Below, one piece after another: positions 57,401 through 64,000 of a stretch of 64,000 nucleotides of DNA. The notes under the pieces were generated by a model that saw only the letters and a program-made list of their open reading frames with translations, made no database searches and was not told the origin of the DNA. Position numbers and translations under genes: made by a program. The stretch comes from the human T2T-CHM13v2.0 reference genome, Homo sapiens: NCBI RefSeq assembly GCF_009914755.1, contig NC_060930.1. The stretch is one strand, 5' to 3'. Within the stretch, counting starts at the first letter, position 1, and each line of letters begins with the position of its first letter.

Positions 57401-59147
57401 AATTTTTTTAAATGGCATGGCAAAAAAACACCATAAACAAAGTCAAAAGATAACTGACAAACTGGGAGAAAATATTTGTAACATATACCACAGAAAAGGG
57501 ACTACTAACTTTAATATATAAAGAACTCTTAAACATTGAGAAGAAATGGGAAAAACACATTAAAAAGATAATTCAAAAATATAAAACATGGACATTAAGC
57601 GTATGTAAAAATATTCAAACTCACTTGTAACTAGAAAAATGCAAATTAAAACAACACTGAGATACAATTCCCACTTACCAGATTGGCAAAATTAAAAGGT
57701 ATGGACCACACATTCTGCTGGCCAGGCTGTGGAAAACAGACACTCTCGTATACTACTATTGGAAATGCAAACTAGTATAACCCGTCTGGAGGGAAATTTG
57801 GCAAAACTACACATGCACTTAGCTTTTGACCCAGTCATCTTCCTTCTGACAATGTCCTTGAAGATGTACCTCCAAAAACTAAAAAATACATATACACAAG
57901 GCTATTTATTGCAGCACTGTTTGCAGTTGCAAAATGTTAAGGACAACCCAAACGCTCAGACATGGCAGAGTGGTTAAATAAGCTACGGTTAAATCCACAC
58001 AGTGGAATAATATGCAGCGGTAAAAAATGAGGACAATCTCTACTTACCAATAGGAAATGATTTCCAGGATATATTTACTGTGTTAAGTGAAAAAAAGAAG
58101 GCGCAAGAGAGGATATATAGTATGCTATCCTTTGGTAAAGAAAAAGTACAAAACATTCATGTGTCTGTTTCTTTGTACAAAGGAATTACAGGAAGGCTAA
58201 AACAGAAACTAAAGAGACTGGTTTCCCATGAGGGATAGGTGAAAACAGGTAGAAATCATGGGGGAATAAAAATAGGGCAGCAGGATGAGTGAAGAGTGAC
58301 ATATCTATGAGAGTATCTTTTTATACAGTTAGGACTTAGAACCATTACAATGTTTCATATACCAAACGATCAATTAAAATCAATCAGTATGTTGAGAGAA
58401 CCTAAAAAGGAATGAAAATAATTATATTTACAAATGAATAATACACATGAAGGGGGATGGGGACGAAAAGGAGCTAATTTAAGTAACTTCAGAAAATAGT
58501 ATTTTGACTATATTCTCTAAGGCTACCAACAAAAAGAAATGTAGACAAACACTGTACTTAAGTCAATAAACTTGTTTCTCATATGGGTACTGGTTAGTAA
58601 TTATGAAAATATATACTAGGATTTAACAAACAAATATATCATGGATAAAGAGATGCAGGTTTCTCACTGTACAAAGAGTTACAAATAAGAAAAGGAGAAA
58701 GGACAGAATTAACATTTTGATGTTGGATAAGGACTATCAGTAAGGCCTCATGCCTTTTAATATACTGACAGATGGAAGAAGAAATAAATACAAATATACA
58801 CGTAGGTGCTTGTTAGTATATGATACATTCCTAGCTCTGTCAACAGAGAGGGCTTAGAATGACAACCAGAAGCAATGACCACACCTAGGATTAGATTTTT
58901 ATTTCTAACTATCATTCACCAATAAAAGAAACCAGGGCTCCTTAGAGAAACAGCTAATTCCTGGGCCGAGGAAAGAAAATAGAAGATTCTGTAACATCTT
59001 ATGGTACTAGAAAGTAAGGAAGTACTGAAAAATGATGGAAAGCATGTCAAAAAGACACAGAAGCCAACTTGAAAGAGTTCCCAATGGTCAAAATCAAAAC
59101 ACTAAAATAAAATTATAGTATTGGATTATAACCCATAAAATAAAATA

Positions 59148-59562
59148 CAGCTCTGACCCTTGAATAACATGGGTTTGAACCACGTAGGTCCACTTATACG
59201 CAGATTTCTTCCACCTCTGTCCTCACTGAGACAGCAAGAACAACCCCTCCTCTTCCTCAGCCTTCACAATGATGACAAGGATGAAGACTTTTAGGATGAT
59301 CCACTCAAGTCTAATGAATAGCATATTTATTTTCTCTTCCTTGTTATTTTCTTAATATTTTCTTTTCTCTAGCTTTATTATAAGAATATAGTGTATAACA
59401 CATGTAACTACAAAATACATGTTAATTGACTGTGTATGTTATTGGTAAGGCTTCCAGTCAACAGTAAGCTATTAGTAGTTAGGTTTGGGGGGGAGTCAAA
59501 AATTATATGCAGATTTTCTACTGCAAGGGAGTCAGTGCCCTTGCATTGTTCATGGGTCATCT
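59148..59562 (+). mobile_element. Tigger2a (MER28)-like non-autonomous DNA transposon
   Basis: TIRs CAGCTCTGACCCTTGAATAAC / TTGTTCATGGGTCATCT; the body resembles Tigger2a. Confidence 0.8.
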
Positions 59563-59585
59563 TTATTCTTAAGTCCATACCAATA

Positions 59586-59728
59586 GGCCAGGTGTGGTGG
59601 CTCACATCTATAATCCCAGCACTTTGGGAGGCCAAGGCAGGAGGACTGCTTGAGGCCAGGAGTTCAAGACCAGCCTAGTCAACATAGTGAGAACTTGTCT
59701 CTATAAAAAATAAACAAGTACATTTTTT
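59586..59728 (+). mobile_element. Alu left monomer (FLAM_C-like)
   Basis: Single monomer with degraded tail. Confidence 0.82.
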
Positions 59729-59743
59729 AAAAAGTCTATACCA

Positions 59744-60035
<292 letters not shown>

Positions 60036-60850
60036 GTCTATACCAATATAAATAAATTTATGAGAAGAGACAGTTCTTGTTTACAGTAAAATTTATCTTA
60101 ATACATGAAAAAATAATGAGAAAAATTTAAATTCACCAATATTTAAAATATTTACCAAACTGAAATTTAAAACCACCACAGTAATAATTGTTGCAAGCAA
60201 AAAACATCAAAAGGTATTAAAATTAGAAAATGAAAGTTTAGTGAGAAACATTATATTGCATAGTCTCAAAGTTTCTCCCCAGAAAAACACGTAACAATTA
60301 CAAAAAAAAAAAAAATAGCAACTTTAGAGAAACACTGCAAATAACCTTAACCAAGTAATTATGGTTAACTATCACCAGTATTAAAGCTTATCAACACACC
60401 CCCTTCACTACCAACATATAATGCACTGAGAAAAGCACTATTTTCATAAGTTCTTGCCAAAAAATGCAAAAGACCCAACTAAGTGACAGTCTACAAAATA
60501 ACTGACCAGTATTCTTTTAAAAGTATCAAGGTCATGAAAAACAAGAAGAAAGTATTATCACAGATTGGATGAAAGAGCCATGACAACTAAATGTAATATA
60601 GGATCTTAGAGTGGATCCTAGATGAGAAAAAGTATATTATTGGGGAAACTGGCAAAATTAGAACAATAAATGTACATAAGTTGATAGCATTGTACCAATG
60701 TTTATTTTCAGATTTTAATAAATGTCCTATGGTTATGTAAGATATTAAAAATGGGGGAAACCACGTGAAAGATATACAGGAATACTCTATGAAATATTTT
60801 TGCAACTTTTCTGTAAGTCTAGAATTATTTTAAAATTAAAAAAAAAAATT

Positions 60851-61153
60851 GGTCGAGGGCAGTGGCTCACACCTATAATCCTAGCGCTTGAGGAGACCAA
60901 GGTGGGAGGATCACTTGAAGCCAGGAGCTCAAGACTGGCCTGGGCAATGTAGCAAGACCTTATGTCTACAATGATTTTTTTTTTTAAGTTAGTCAGGTAT
61001 GGTGGCACGTACCTGTAGTCTCAGCTACCTGAGGCTGAGGTGAGAGGATTGCTTGATCCCAGGAATTTGAGACTGCAATAAGCTATGATCACACTACTGC
61101 AGTCCAGCCTCGGTGACAGAGTGAGACACCCCATCTCAAAAATAAATAAATAA
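60851..61153 (+). mobile_element. Alu (AluJ-like)
   Basis: Diverged dimer, (AAAT)n tail. Confidence 0.88.
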
Positions 61154-61473
61154 CATTTTAAAAAGTTAAAATGAGATCATTTAGAGACTGAAAGAAGCCA
61201 CTGAGTAGATGAAATTTATAACACACATTATCTCCTAAGTTGAACATATGACTACTCTAGGATCTGGCAATTCCAATTTTGTGTGAATACATGTGTCCTA
61301 AAGTACATGTGCATTATGTTTGACTATTACTGGTAAGCACCTCAAACTGCTATCCATCAAGTGCCTATATATAATATTATACACCAATGAAAAGGAATGA
61401 ATTCCATACAACATCATGAATGAATTTCAAAATCCTAATACTGAACAAAAGAAGCTACATGTCAAAGAGCAAA

Positions 61474-61852
61474 GTGTGGTTTGGATTTGTGTCCCCGCCC
61501 AAATCTCATGTCAAATTGTAATCCCCAATGTTGGAGGAGGGGCCTGGTGGGAGGTGACCAGCTCATGGGAATGGATTTCCCCCTTGCTGTTCTCATAATA
61601 GTGAATGAGTTCTCACGAGACATGGTTGTTTAAAAGTGTGTAGCACCTCCCCCTTTGCGCTCTCTTCCTCCTGCTCTGGCCATGTAAGATGTGCCTCCTT
61701 CCTGTTTGCCTTCCACCATGATTGTAAGTTTTCTGAGCCCTCCTTAGGCATGCTTCCTGTACCGTCTGCACAACTGTGAGTCAATTACACCTCTTTATAA
61801 ATTACCCAGTCTTAGGTAGTTCTTTATAGCAATGCAAGAATGAACCAATACA
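61474..61852 (+). mobile_element. MaLR solo LTR (MSTA-like)
   Basis: TGGTTTGGATTTGTGTCCCCGCCCAAATCTCATG...TTATAAATTACCCAGTC...TTCTTTATAGCAATGCAAGAATGAACCAATACA. Confidence 0.85.
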
Positions 61853-63329
61853 GTTAAGTGCAAGAACAAACTAATACAGTTATATTTATGTAAGGATCAA
61901 AATCACGCAACAGCAAACACTAATTTTACAGATGACTACCTAAGTAGTAAAAGTGTAAAGAAGAGCAAAGAAGTAAAAACCACAGAGGTTGGGATACTGG
62001 CTATCTTTGGGTGGGAGAAAGCTGTGATTGAAAAAAGGCATGTTAGGGCCTCTAGGATGCTGGCAATATTATTTTTATTGCCCTAAGTAGTTATTAAATG
62101 GGTGTTAGTTACATAAAATTTCATTAAGCTGTATATTTATGTTTTATGAACTTCCTACATGGGTATTGTATTTCATAATATAAAAGGTTGTAATACATAA
62201 TACAAAAAGCACAAAGAAAAAACCAACATAAGCAATCAGTAAGAGAGACAGATTGACTCCTAAACAAGGGGTATAATATTAATTGATATATTAACATATT
62301 TTAATAGTGATAGATGAATATTTTAAGAGATGAGCTTCCAGGAAACCCTGAAGTCATTCATCCCTTTCTTAGTAAAGAACTGCATAAACATAATATAGAA
62401 ACAAAAATCTCACATAATCTTGGCATAATGATTTTAAATACAAATACATTAAACTTTTAAAAAGAAACATAACTACATTAAAATGTACAGACTCAGCCAA
62501 GATAGAGTTACAAGACCACAAACACAACAAAATGATGGTTTTCAGAAACTGAACAACAGGTAGAGCAAGCCAGTGATAACTGAAAGAGAGGAGGCAAATG
62601 AAGTGCAGCCCATGACTACTCTGGCTTACTACCTGGAGCTTTCAGACCACAGTGCAAGAAAGAAGAATGCAAGCCTATACACCCTAAAATATTTGCTCTC
62701 TGGTTATTTGCCAGCCCCTGCCCTAAATAAATGAAATTGTATGTCCACAAAGAGGCTGTACCCAAGTTTCAAAGCAATTTATTCATAATAGCCAAAAATT
62801 AGAAATATCTCAAATGTCCATCAACTAGTAAATGGATAAGTAAATGGTGATATAGTCATACAACAAAATAATACTCAGCAAAAAAAAAAAGGGCTATTGA
62901 TAAATGTGACAGCATGGATGAATGTAATATTGAAAGAAGCCAGACACACTACCTCAATAAAACACATATTGTATGTTTCCACTGATATAAATTTATAGAA
63001 AATGAATACTAAACAGCAGATGATTGCCAGAGAAGGGAGTGAGGATATGAAAAAAGGGAAGAAGGAAAAGAGGGAAGGATTAGAAAAAGACAGAAGGAAA
63101 ATTTTGGGGGTGATGGACATGTTTATCATCTTATCCTGGGAACAGTGATTTCATATGTAAAAACTGATTAACTTGCAAACTTTAAATATGTGCAGTTTAT
63201 TATAAATCAATTATTCCTCAAACCTGTAAACAATACAGACTTCATCTCTCAAATTTTGTTTAAAATATATATATATAAAAGAAAATCTACAGCTGTTCAC
63301 AGACCATACAGCGAAATAAGTCTGCAAAT

Positions 63330-64000
63330 AATTCTAAATAAAAAGGGCAATCAAAAAATTACCTTGAGACAAACAAAAAGCAACACACCAAAACTGATGA
63401 GATGCAGCAAAAGCAGTTCTAAGAGGGAAATTTATACAAATAAACACAATAAACACCTAGAGCAAAAAAGATCTCAAACAACCTAATATTACATCTTAAG
63501 GAAACAGAAAAAGAAAAAGCCCAAAGTTAGCAGAAAGAAGGAAACAATAAAGATCAAAGCAGAAATTTAAAAATTAGTGACTAGAAAATAGAAGAATAAA
63601 TCAATGAAACTAAGAATTGATTTTCTGAAAAGATAAACAAAATTGGCAAACCCTTACCTAGACTGAGAAAAAAAGATTCAAATAAATGAAATCAGAAATG
63701 AAAGAAGAGATATTACAACGGATACCTTAGAAATACAAAGGATCATAAGAGATTATTATGAACAACTATATGCCAATAAATTAGATAACAGAAGAAACGG
63801 GTAAATTCCTGGACATACATAACCTATCAGAACTGAATCATAACGAAATAGAAAATTAGAACAAACCAATTACAAGTAAGGAGATTGAATCTGTAATAAA
63901 AAGTCTCTCATCAAAGAAAATCCCAGAACCTGATGGCTTCAGGCTGATTTTGACCAAACATTTAAAGAACTAATAATACCACCAAACTCTTCCCAAAAAT
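63330..64000 (+). mobile_element. Old L1M ORF2 fragment running off the window
   Basis: GATGCAGCAAAAGCAGTTCTAAGAGGGAAATTTATA, AAGATAAACAAAATTGGCAAACC, CCAGAACCTGATGGCTTCA. Confidence 0.82.

Overview
Human (primate) genomic DNA. It is intronic sequence of the mRNA capping enzyme gene RNGTT on the minus strand, with one 67-bp coding exon at 48779-48845 ([22 protein letters not shown]). The centre of the window is a nested retroelement stack antisense to RNGTT. A near full-length old L1PB (~27425-43150) carries a HERV-L MLT2A2 solo LTR in its 5' UTR and a complete but defective HERV-E provirus in ORF2 (32589-41380, LTR2-type LTRs, tRNA-Glu PBS, CCTT target-site duplication). The provirus encodes ATFLGSLTWK, FLHKTSVREV, SLNITSCYV and [10 protein letters not shown], which I recall as peptides of the kidney-cancer antigen locus CT-RCC HERV-E (ERVE-4, 6q15). 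The headline element is therefore already known. The least-explained signals are: (1) a leader splice donor ending in ATG that would join in frame to an acceptor at the integrase N-terminus; (2) an apparently lost gag stop codon; (3) reciprocal HRE/E-box loss between the two LTRs; (4) a frame-preserving 42-nt candidate RNGTT cassette exon; (5) a ~250-bp local duplication; (6) a 49-bp orphan insertion. The rest is Alu, L1, MIR/L2, DNA-transposon and microsatellite sequence. Repeat subfamily names and locus identity come from memory of consensus sequences and literature, not from a search.
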